From NCBI GenBank assembly GCA_026004495.1, contig BPJG01000001.1:70470-134469 (forward strand): 64,000 nucleotides of DNA, given 5' to 3'. This DNA comes from Candidatus Parcubacteria bacterium. Lineage in GTDB: Bacteria; Patescibacteriota; Minisyncoccia; UBA6257; HR35. This document shows, one piece after another, positions 56,385 to 64,000 of the stretch (positions are counted from its first letter, which is position 1; each line of letters starts with the position of its first letter). The notes beneath the pieces are model-generated. The model saw only the letters and a list, made by a program, of their open reading frames with translations. It searched no databases and had not been told where the DNA came from. Position numbers and translations under genes: made by a program.

Positions 56385-56753
56385 TTATGTTATCCTAATA
56401 ATTTTTTTAAAAATAGTTTTTTTAGGTTTTAATAATTTTTTAAAGTCTTTATAAGAATTTAATATCTGCTGATGATAATTTTTAGTAAAATTACAAATAA
56501 ATAAATCTAAATTAACTAAATTTTTTTCGGGCCAAGTATGAATTGAAAGATGAGAATTAGACAAAATAAATACTATTGTTGTTCCATTATTTTTTTTAAA
56601 TGTATGATAAAGATATTTAATAAATTTTATTTTGTTTATTTTGAGAATTTTTTTTATTTCTGTTAAAAAATAATTAAATTTAACTAAGTTAAAATCACAA
56701 TTAATAAAATCTACAGAAATTTGATAACTTCTTGAAAACTTTGTTGTTTTCAT
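56385..56753 (-). CDS. speH: S-adenosylmethionine decarboxylase proenzyme (SpeH-type)
   Basis: ILSNSHLSIHTWPEKNLVNLDLFICNF matches (E)SH..IHTWPE......D.f.C. Confidence 0.65.
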   Translation of the reverse strand: MKTTKFSRSYQISVDFINCDFNLVKFNYFLTEIKKILKINKIKFIKYLYHTFKKNNGTTIVFILSNSHLSIHTWPEKNLVNLDLFICNFTKNYHQQILNSYKDFKKLLKPKKTIFKKIIRIT

Positions 56754-56883
56754 ACAGTGTTAAGTTAAAATTAATTATATAAATAGTTTAAATATTAATT
56801 TAAAAAATTTAACTGAAATTAAAATAACCACTAAATTAGAATTATAATTTAAAAAAAATTAAAAAGCAAATAAAAATTTAAAA

Positions 56884-57375
56884 ATGCTAGCAGGAAGTCA
56901 TATTATTTTTGCTAATGCAATTTTTTCCAATTTAACTCAAAATAATTTTTCTGCTTTTATTTTAGGAATTATTTCTCATCATATAGCCGATAGATTACCT
57001 CATTTAGATTTAAATTTAATTAGACATACAAAATTTAATAATTTAGATTTTTTTAAACTTCCTCTCAAAATCCAATTAATTGTTTATGCAGAATTTTTAT
57101 TAGGTATATTTTTTGTTTATTATTATTTCATTGATAATTATAAAATAAACAATTTAATAGTATTTTATTTAAGCTTAGGAGCCATTTTCCCAGATCTAAT
57201 TAATATTTTTTTAAAAAATAAATTAGAAAAAATTCCGTTGATAAATTATTATGTAAAATTTCATAAAAATTTCCATTTTAAGCTAAAGGAAAATAGTAAA
57301 ACTAAAATTCTATTTTTACAAATAGTAGTTTTGTTATTTTCATTGTTTTTCTTCAGGTTAACATTAACTAATTAA
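56884..57375 (+). CDS. Membrane protein, possibly a YdjM/DUF457-type metal-dependent hydrolase
   Basis: MLAGSHIIFANAIF...GIISHHIADRLPHLD plus TM helices. Confidence 0.35.
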   Translation: MLAGSHIIFANAIFSNLTQNNFSAFILGIISHHIADRLPHLDLNLIRHTKFNNLDFFKLPLKIQLIVYAEFLLGIFFVYYYFIDNYKINNLIVFYLSLGAIFPDLINIFLKNKLEKIPLINYYVKFHKNFHFKLKENSKTKILFLQIVVLLFSLFFFRLTLTN

Positions 57376-58351
57376 TATAATTTTTTACAATATTTAAACA
57401 ATCATTTTTATTTTTTACCCAAATTAAATCTTTCATTTTTATTAACTCTCTATACTGTTTGCGAGCAAATCTTCTTATATCACGATAGCAATTTTCGAAA
57501 ATATTTTGATAAAAATTATCTCTTTTTAGAATTATGAATTTATTATAATCAAAACTTTTTATTTCTAAATTTTTTACTAATAAACCAAACCAACGATATT
57601 CAAGACCAAAATTAATTATTCTTTCAAAACTTAATCCCCTTCTCTTTAATTTTAAAATCTCTAAAATTATTCTAAAGCTTCTTACCTTTAATCTTTTTTT
57701 TATTTTATTTTCTAATTTATTCCAATCAAAATCTGGAGCTATAGTTAAAATATTATATTTAGGTGTCTTAACTAATTCTGGTATTGATCCTTGTTGTTTT
57801 ATTATTTCAATAGCTCTAATTAGTCTTCGCTTATTATTTTTGTCTATATTTTTAGCTCTTTCTTTATTTAAGCTGATCAAATATTTATAAAGTTCATCAA
57901 CTGATAATTTTTCCAATTCTTTTCTTAGATTATAATTAGGTTTTACCTTAGGTAATTGCCAGCCTTCTTTTAATGCCCTTAAATAAAGTATAGTTCCCCC
58001 ACAAATAATTATCTTTTTTGCTTTATTGTTTATATATCCTATTAATAAATCAATGTCTTCTAGCCATTTACCTAAGGAATAATTATATTTAGGATGTTGT
58101 TGGGAAATTAAATAATGAGGAATATTAAATTTTTTTGAATAACAGATAATAAACTTTTTATTTTTAAATCTAATTTCTTTTAGTTTATCTATTTCTATTT
58201 TTCCGCTTCCAACATCTAAAAATTTATAAACTTGCCTTGAATCTGCATTTATAATTTCTCCATCTATTTTTTTAGCCAACCAAATGGCTAAATCTGATTT
58301 GCCACTTGCTGTTAAGCCTGTAATAAAAATTAAATTAATATTATTCATCAC
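57368..58351 (-). CDS. miaA: tRNA dimethylallyltransferase
   Basis: IFITGLTASGKSDLAIWLAKKIDGEIINADSRQVYKFLDVGSGK. Confidence 0.88.
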   Translation of the reverse strand: MMNNINLIFITGLTASGKSDLAIWLAKKIDGEIINADSRQVYKFLDVGSGKIEIDKLKEIRFKNKKFIICYSKKFNIPHYLISQQHPKYNYSLGKWLEDIDLLIGYINNKAKKIIICGGTILYLRALKEGWQLPKVKPNYNLRKELEKLSVDELYKYLISLNKERAKNIDKNNKRRLIRAIEIIKQQGSIPELVKTPKYNILTIAPDFDWNKLENKIKKRLKVRSFRIILEILKLKRRGLSFERIINFGLEYRWFGLLVKNLEIKSFDYNKFIILKRDNFYQNIFENCYRDIRRFARKQYRELIKMKDLIWVKNKNDCLNIVKNYIN

Positions 58352-60153
58352 TTTATTTTTAAAACTTTTATTATTACATCATTAGGTACCTTGACTCTAC
58401 CCTTGCCTAATATTGTTAATTTTTTCTTGCCTTCTTTTTGTTTTTGCCATAATTTCATTTTTCTCGTAATGTCTCCCCCGTATAGCCAACCAGCAACATC
58501 TTTTTTAAGTGCTGGTATTGTCTCTCTAGCTATTATTTTACCCCCTATAGCTGCTTGAAGTTTAACTGGAAATTGTTGTTTGGGTAATATTTTTTTTAAT
58601 TCTAAAATTATTTTTCTTCCAACCTCTTCTGCCTTTTCTTTTACTACTAATCTACTTAAGGAAGAATGAATTTCTTCAGCTATTAAGATATCTAATTTTA
58701 CTAAATTTGATTTGCGATAATCTAAAAATTTCCAATTAAGACTTGCGTAACCCGAGGTAATTGATTTTAAATCATCATAAAAACCCGAAACTAACTCTTC
58801 GAGTGGCATTTCGGCTTTAATTATTAAAAAAGAAGATAACATATCTTGACTTTTTATTGTTCCCCTTCTCTTTTTTATTAAATTAGAAACAAGCTCAACA
58901 TAATTAAATTGAGTAAATATCTCAATTTCTAACCATGGCTCATTAATTTCTAAAATTTTAGAAAATTCAGGCAGTTCATTAATATTTTCGATTTCAATTT
59001 TTTGTCCATTTTTCAAAATAACTTGATATTTTACTGAGGGTGAAGTTATAATAACCTCAGTATTAAATTCTCTTTTTAATCTTTCATAAAATATTTCTAA
59101 ATGAAGTAATCCTAAACAACCAACCTTATAACCCCTACCCAAAATATTTGAAAAGCATGGTTCTATTTTTAATGACCAATCATTTAATTTTAATTTAAAC
59201 ATATTATCTTTGAATTTTTCATAACTTATTTCTTCTGAGGGATAAACATTAGCAAAAACTACTGCTAAGGGTTCTCTATAACTATTAATTGCCTGAATTT
59301 CTATATCATTAACTATCGTATCGCCTATTTTAACAAGGCTTGATATCTTATCTTTATCACCAAATAATTCTTTTATACCTGTAGCAATATAACCAATTTC
59401 TCCTACCTTTAAAGAATCAACTTTTTTTATTTCAGGAGTAAAAAATCCTACCTCAAAAGATTTAAAGCTATAATTATTTGATTTAAAAAAATAAATATTT
59501 CCAGCCTTAAATTCCCCACTTATAACTCTAATGTATGCTAAAATACCCTTATAGGGATCGAAATAAGAATCAAAAATTAAAGCTTGACATTTATTATTAA
59601 CAGATAAGATACGAGGTGAGGGTATTTTTTTAATAACTCCATCTAATAATTCTTCAACTCCTAAACCAGTTTTAGCAGAAATTAAATAAATATCTTTCTC
59701 CTCACAACCAACCAGCTTCTTTATATCATTAATAAGATAATCTAAATCAATAATATTCAAATCTATTTTATTTATAGCTGGAATAATTATTAAACCTAAA
59801 TCTTGAGCTAATTTGAGATTATAGAAAGTTTGAGCCTGTATTCCTTGCGTTCCATCAATTAATAAAATAACACCCTCAACACATGACAAAGCGCGAGAAA
59901 CTTCATAAGAAAAATCACTATGTCCCGGAGTATCAATTAAATTTAAAACATAGCCATTATATTCCATTCTTACCGGTTGCATTTTAATCGTAATTCCCTT
60001 CTCTCTTTCCAATGATAATCTATCTAAATATTGTGGGATTAACTTATCTTTAGGAACAGTTTTGGTAATTTCTAAAAATCTATCCGCTAAAGTTGATTTG
60101 CCATGATCAATATGTGCAATGATAGCAAAATTTCTTATTTTGTCTATATTCAT
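58348..60153 (-). CDS. lepA: Elongation factor 4
   Basis: IRNFAIIAHIDHGKSTLADRFLE, LIDTPGHSDF, NKIDL, and the C-terminal LepA_C region. Confidence 0.95.
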   Translation of the reverse strand: MNIDKIRNFAIIAHIDHGKSTLADRFLEITKTVPKDKLIPQYLDRLSLEREKGITIKMQPVRMEYNGYVLNLIDTPGHSDFSYEVSRALSCVEGVILLIDGTQGIQAQTFYNLKLAQDLGLIIIPAINKIDLNIIDLDYLINDIKKLVGCEEKDIYLISAKTGLGVEELLDGVIKKIPSPRILSVNNKCQALIFDSYFDPYKGILAYIRVISGEFKAGNIYFFKSNNYSFKSFEVGFFTPEIKKVDSLKVGEIGYIATGIKELFGDKDKISSLVKIGDTIVNDIEIQAINSYREPLAVVFANVYPSEEISYEKFKDNMFKLKLNDWSLKIEPCFSNILGRGYKVGCLGLLHLEIFYERLKREFNTEVIITSPSVKYQVILKNGQKIEIENINELPEFSKILEINEPWLEIEIFTQFNYVELVSNLIKKRRGTIKSQDMLSSFLIIKAEMPLEELVSGFYDDLKSITSGYASLNWKFLDYRKSNLVKLDILIAEEIHSSLSRLVVKEKAEEVGRKIILELKKILPKQQFPVKLQAAIGGKIIARETIPALKKDVAGWLYGGDITRKMKLWQKQKEGKKKLTILGKGRVKVPNDVIIKVLKIK

Positions 60154-60250
60154 TTTATTTTTTTTAGTTTATTAACCCTTAGCTTACTTTTAGTATTAAC
60201 TAAAGTAAAACTAAGGATAATTTTAAAAAATTATATTAAAATTTTATTAA

Positions 60251-61111
60251 ATGTATGATGGGATAAAAAAACCTTTATTAAAGATATTTTTAATATTAGA
60301 AAATATTTTAATATCTGTATTAATATTCTACTTTATTATAAATAATTTTAAAGATTTTAATAAGAGTTTTTTTTACTATTTATACATTTTCGATATATTT
60401 ATCTCAGAAAATTATTTATTTTTCTTCATTAGTTTGCTCTTTTCTATTTTAGTTTTATTATCCCAAGCATTATTATGGAAAAAAATCTTTGAAATTAACA
60501 ATATAAATATAAAGTACTTATCTTCTTTAAATTTATTTTCTCTTATTCATTTTAAAAGATTATTTTCCCCTTTTGGTCCAATTTCACCTATTTTAAATAT
60601 AGGCGGAGATATTAAAAAATCTACTTTTATATATTCTACTTATATAATTTTTATAACATTAGGTTCGATATTTTTTTTCTTTTCAGCCCTTGCTTCAATT
60701 TATCCTAATTTAATTATTCTTTTTTCTTTATTATTTTTTTTAATCTTAAAATTATTAACCAAAAGAAAATTAGGTAATTTAAACTTTAAAAATTTTTTTA
60801 TCTTAATCTTCCTATCTTATCTGAATGAATTTTTTAGTTACGCGACATTTTTATTTTCTTTAAAAATTTTTTCATTAAACATTGATTTCTATAACAGCTT
60901 GTTTATATATTTAACCTGGGTAATAGTAAGTAGTTTATTTCCCTTCCTTTATGGAACTGGTTCAAGTGAATTAACTTCTATCTACCTGGCTAATTATTTA
61001 GGTTATGATAGTGCTTTATTTGCCTTAGGAATTATTTTTTATAGAATTATAATCACTTACTTCCCTATATTATTTTTAATACTAACAAAAATTATTAAAT
61101 TAAGAAAATAA
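60251..61111 (+). CDS. Polytopic membrane protein (family not resolved)
   Basis: 286 aa with about 8 TM helices. Confidence 0.45.
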   Translation: MYDGIKKPLLKIFLILENILISVLIFYFIINNFKDFNKSFFYYLYIFDIFISENYLFFFISLLFSILVLLSQALLWKKIFEINNINIKYLSSLNLFSLIHFKRLFSPFGPISPILNIGGDIKKSTFIYSTYIIFITLGSIFFFFSALASIYPNLIILFSLLFFLILKLLTKRKLGNLNFKNFFILIFLSYLNEFFSYATFLFSLKIFSLNIDFYNSLFIYLTWVIVSSLFPFLYGTGSSELTSIYLANYLGYDSALFALGIIFYRIIITYFPILFLILTKIIKLRK

Positions 61112-61256
61112 ATTTATTTATTTAGAATTTTTAAAATTAAATTTATCTTACAAAATTTAGAAATTAAAATTCCCACAATTAAAATAATTCTCACTTAAGG
61201 TAGGAATTATTTTATATATTTTGAAATTTTAAAAAATAATTTTAAAATTAAAAATT

Positions 61257-63053
61257 ATGAAAATTGATAAATTATATAAAATTCGTCATTCTCTAGCACA
61301 TCTTTTGGCAACTGCTATCCTAGAAATAGATCCTAAAGCAAAATTCGGTATTGGCCCAGTTACTGAAAATGGATTTTATTATGATTTTTTACTATCGAAA
61401 AAAATCGAGCAAAAAGATTTACCATTAATTGAAAACAAAATTAAAGAATTAATTAAAAAGAATATAAAATTTGAAAGAAAAAAAATAAGTTTAACTAAAG
61501 CTAAAAAATTTTTCAAAAATCTTAATCAACCATTTAAGTTAGAATTAATTAATGATTTACAAAAATATAGCACAACTGAATATGAAAAAATTTTAGATAT
61601 CAAAGACAAAAAAATAAAACCTAAAAAAATAAATTATGTAACTTTATATAAAACTTATAAATTTATAGATCTTTGTCGAGGTGGACACGTATCCAAGTCA
61701 TCAGAAATAAACCTTGAATCTTTTAAATTAACTAAAATAGCTGGAGCTCATTGGAGAGGAAACGAAAATAATCCAATGTTAACTAGGATCTATGGAGTTG
61801 CTTTTGAAACTAAAGAACAATTAGAAAGCTATCTTAAATGGGAAGAAGAAGTTCAAAAAAGGGATCATCGTATATTAGGTCAAGAATTAGAGTTATTTAC
61901 CGTTGATGAAAATGTAGGATCAGGTTTAATTTTATGGCTACCCAAAGGAGCAATAATTAGACAAACTATTCAAGAATTTATAATAGATATTTATAAAAAA
62001 AATAATTATCAATTAGTATTTACCCCTCATATTACTAAACAAAAATTATTTGAAATTTCAGGTCACCTTTCTTATTATCAAGAAAATATGTATTATCCTA
62101 TAAAAATTGAGGGAGAAAATTATTATCTTAAACCAATGAATTGTCCTTTTCATTTAACTATTTATAAACAAAAAACTAAAAGCTATCGTGATTTACCAAT
62201 TCGTTATGCTGAATTGGGAACTGTTTATCGTTACGAAAGATCAGGTACCCTTTCAGGTTTAACTCGAGTTAGAGGTTTTACCCAAGATGATGGTCATATA
62301 ATTTGCACCTTCAATCAGCTACCGGAAGAAATACATAATTGCTTAAATTTAGTTAAATTTATTTTAGAAAAATTTGGTTTTAAAGATTTTAAGGTCTTTT
62401 TAAGTATCTGGGATAAATCAAATAAGAAAAAATATTTAGGCACAAATAAAGAATGGCAATTTGCTATTGAAAGTTTAAAAAAATCGGTTGAAAAATTAAA
62501 TTGGCAATATGAAATAATGAAGGGAGAGGCAGCTTTTTATGGACCTAAAATTGATGTTGTTGTTAAAGATGCCCTCGGAAGAGATTGGCAAATTTCAACT
62601 ATTCAATTAGACTTTAACTTAACCAAAAAATTTGATTTAGCTTATATTGATAAAGATAATAAAACCAAGAAGCCTTATTTAATTCACCGAGCTTTATTAG
62701 GTTCAATTGAAAGATTTATTGGTTTATTAATAGAGCATTATGAAGGAAATTTACCCTTTTGGCTTTCGCCTATTCAAATTGCTATCATTCCCGTGAATAT
62801 AAATCATCTAAGTTACGCAGAAAAATTATTAGAATTATTAAAGGAAAAAAATTATCGTGTAAAAATATTAGAAGCAACAGAAAGTTTATCTAAAAGAATA
62901 CTTATTGCTGAAAAAGAAAAAATTCCCTATATGATTATAATCGGTGATAAAGAAATAAAAGAAAATAAAATATCTATTAGAAAACATAAGATAGGTAATA
63001 TTGGAACATTAAGTTTAAATAAATTTTTACAAATTATCAGTAAAGAATATTGA
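61257..63053 (+). CDS. thrS: Threonyl-tRNA synthetase (lacks the N-terminal TGS domain)
   Basis: HSLAHLLA (editing/second additional domain), CRGGH, and the class II motifs YLKPMNCPFH, GLTRVRGFTQDDGHI and FYGPKID. An anticodon-binding domain is present. Confidence 0.92.
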   Translation: MKIDKLYKIRHSLAHLLATAILEIDPKAKFGIGPVTENGFYYDFLLSKKIEQKDLPLIENKIKELIKKNIKFERKKISLTKAKKFFKNLNQPFKLELINDLQKYSTTEYEKILDIKDKKIKPKKINYVTLYKTYKFIDLCRGGHVSKSSEINLESFKLTKIAGAHWRGNENNPMLTRIYGVAFETKEQLESYLKWEEEVQKRDHRILGQELELFTVDENVGSGLILWLPKGAIIRQTIQEFIIDIYKKNNYQLVFTPHITKQKLFEISGHLSYYQENMYYPIKIEGENYYLKPMNCPFHLTIYKQKTKSYRDLPIRYAELGTVYRYERSGTLSGLTRVRGFTQDDGHIICTFNQLPEEIHNCLNLVKFILEKFGFKDFKVFLSIWDKSNKKKYLGTNKEWQFAIESLKKSVEKLNWQYEIMKGEAAFYGPKIDVVVKDALGRDWQISTIQLDFNLTKKFDLAYIDKDNKTKKPYLIHRALLGSIERFIGLLIEHYEGNLPFWLSPIQIAIIPVNINHLSYAEKLLELLKEKNYRVKILEATESLSKRILIAEKEKIPYMIIIGDKEIKENKISIRKHKIGNIGTLSLNKFLQIISKEY

Positions 63054-63056
63054 TTT

Positions 63057-63656
63057 TTATTTTCTTTGATAAATTCTTACAGTAGCCGAACCCCAAGAAA
63101 AAGGATATAAACCTTCGTTAATCATTTCAAAATTTGAATTATCATTTATTTTCTTGGTTAAAATTATCAACCTGCTACCCTTCTTAAGCTCTAATGACAT
63201 ATTGACAATCCTTTCTAATTGTTCATCATTAAAACAAGTTGAATTAACAAAAACCAAATCACCATCACTAAAATCATTATCAAAAATATCACCCTTAATA
63301 AATTCGATAGAATTTTCGTCTTTTAAATTAAAAATATCTTTAAATCTACTATAGGCTAATTGACTTGCTTCTATAAGAGATTCAAGATACTCTATACCGA
63401 TTGATTTTTTAACATCAAAAATCAATTTAGCTAATATTACTGCCTTGCCAGTGCCAGAACCTAAATCATAAAAGATAGAATATTTATCTGCATGAGCTTT
63501 TTCTAATATTTCACAAAAACCTTCTGGTATTATTTCTCCATAAACAAAAGATTTATCATTAATGCCCCTTTTACTTCTTTCTGACAATGAAAGACTAAAA
63601 CCATCAATATCTTTATATATTTCGTTAAAAATTTTAATTTTTTCTTCCTTAGTCAT
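63057..63656 (-). CDS. Class I SAM-dependent methyltransferase
   Basis: FYDLGSGTGKAVILA (motif I) and DLVFVNS. Confidence 0.6.
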   Translation of the reverse strand: MTKEEKIKIFNEIYKDIDGFSLSLSERSKRGINDKSFVYGEIIPEGFCEILEKAHADKYSIFYDLGSGTGKAVILAKLIFDVKKSIGIEYLESLIEASQLAYSRFKDIFNLKDENSIEFIKGDIFDNDFSDGDLVFVNSTCFNDEQLERIVNMSLELKKGSRLIILTKKINDNSNFEMINEGLYPFSWGSATVRIYQRK

Positions 63657-63800
63657 TTTTATATTATTATAATTATTTAATTAAATTATATTGAAAGAAT
63701 ATTTAGTGATATGATATAATATTATAATCTATTGTCAATATTAAGGTCGTTAATTTAATTAAATTATTAATTTAAATTTAAGATATTAATAAGAAATACA

Positions 63801-64000
63801 ATGCAAAATTTTTTAAATCTATTATTTATTTTAATCTTGTTATCTCTTTTAATAAGTGGTTTTTTTAATATTATACCTTGGAAATTTAATATTTCAGCTT
63901 TAATTGTAGGAATTATTCTCTGGTTGATTTTGATTTACAATTCATTTATATCGCTTAATCAAAGAGTTAAAGAAGCTGAAAGCGATATTGAGGTTCAAAT
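63801..64000 (+). CDS. LemA family protein, 5' partial (runs off the window)
   Basis: Absent from the track. MQNFLNLLFILILLSLLISG...IILWLILIYNSFISLNQRVKEAESDIEVQ matches the LemA N-terminus (TM then YN.l..l...v.ea.s.i.vq). Confidence 0.7.
   Translation, partial: MQNFLNLLFILILLSLLISGFFNIIPWKFNISALIVGIILWLILIYNSFISLNQRVKEAESDIEVQ

Noticed and set aside
4-63354. Track ORFs lying antisense to or inside stronger genes. These are 4-324, 3281-3472, 4930-5223, 8381-8566, 9238-9438, 12332-12517, 14274-14513, 15349-15564, 16468-16722, 21975-22217, 24256-24483, 24985-25194, 28383-28571, 29108-29311, 29587-29787, 33007-33198, 38744-38983, 45677-45952, 54114-54464 and 63154-63354.
   Set aside because: Each lies fully within, mostly antisense to, a longer ORF that has recognisable conserved motifs. 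Their translations are low-complexity Ser/Leu/Phe/Ile strings, typical of antisense AT-rich coding DNA.
1-64000. Alternative genetic code (TGA as Gly or Trp, as in Gracilibacteria/SR1 or mycoplasmas), which might explain the in-frame TGA at 39153
   Set aside because: Long conserved genes such as lepA, thrS, argS, guaB and cysS contain no internal TGA. TGA also terminates several genes at expected ends (18712, 31020, 34502, 35900, 48666, and the ppsA-like end at 233-235). The standard code 11 fits.

Overview
This is a very AT-rich, gene-dense bacterial window; GC looks like roughly one quarter by eye. It uses the standard code: TAA is the main stop, and TAG and TGA also act as genuine stops. 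The gene content fits a small-genome, CPR/Patescibacteria-like organism. It holds glycolysis genes (ppsA-like 3' end, eno, apgM-type PGM, class II fba), four aaRS (cysS, argS, thrS and aaRS-like remnants), guaB, lepA, miaA, rsmA, mutM, secF, cdaA, several peptidoglycan hydrolases, four tRNAs and many hypothetical proteins. No rRNA, CRISPR array, transposase or reverse transcriptase was seen.

Five things stand out:
1. A family of short, relatively GC-rich repeat arms (ACGCAGAC / GCGAAC words and their reverse complements) is inserted in frame into housekeeping genes. The sites are enolase, two places in the NDH-2 gene, and one intergenic copy. One NDH-2 insertion carries a complete GxxExxY-type PD-(D/E)XK domain between inverted arms.
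2. Two tandem cassettes share an identical consensus promoter and an identical intrinsic terminator but have completely unrelated 37-38 nt transcribed cores (33428-33716).
3. A translationally coupled operon encodes ThiF-like E1, double nitroreductase, PaaK-like ligase, methyltransferase and histidine kinase (17144-23188).
4. Next to that operon lies a roughly 7-9 kb patch of compositionally foreign and decayed DNA (23.2-32.3 kb). It contains aaRS-like fragments, an S66 (MccF/LdcA) peptidase, a broken speH-methyltransferase pair, a broken PpsA-like gene, an excisionase-like HTH stub and a GNAT.
5. Several otherwise conserved genes carry single lesions: cdaA has an in-frame TAA at a conserved Glu codon, a hypothetical gene has an in-frame TGA, the tsaC domain has an A8 frameshift, and a LysM-M23 gene lacks a canonical start.

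All calls come from reading translations and motifs by eye. No database search was run.
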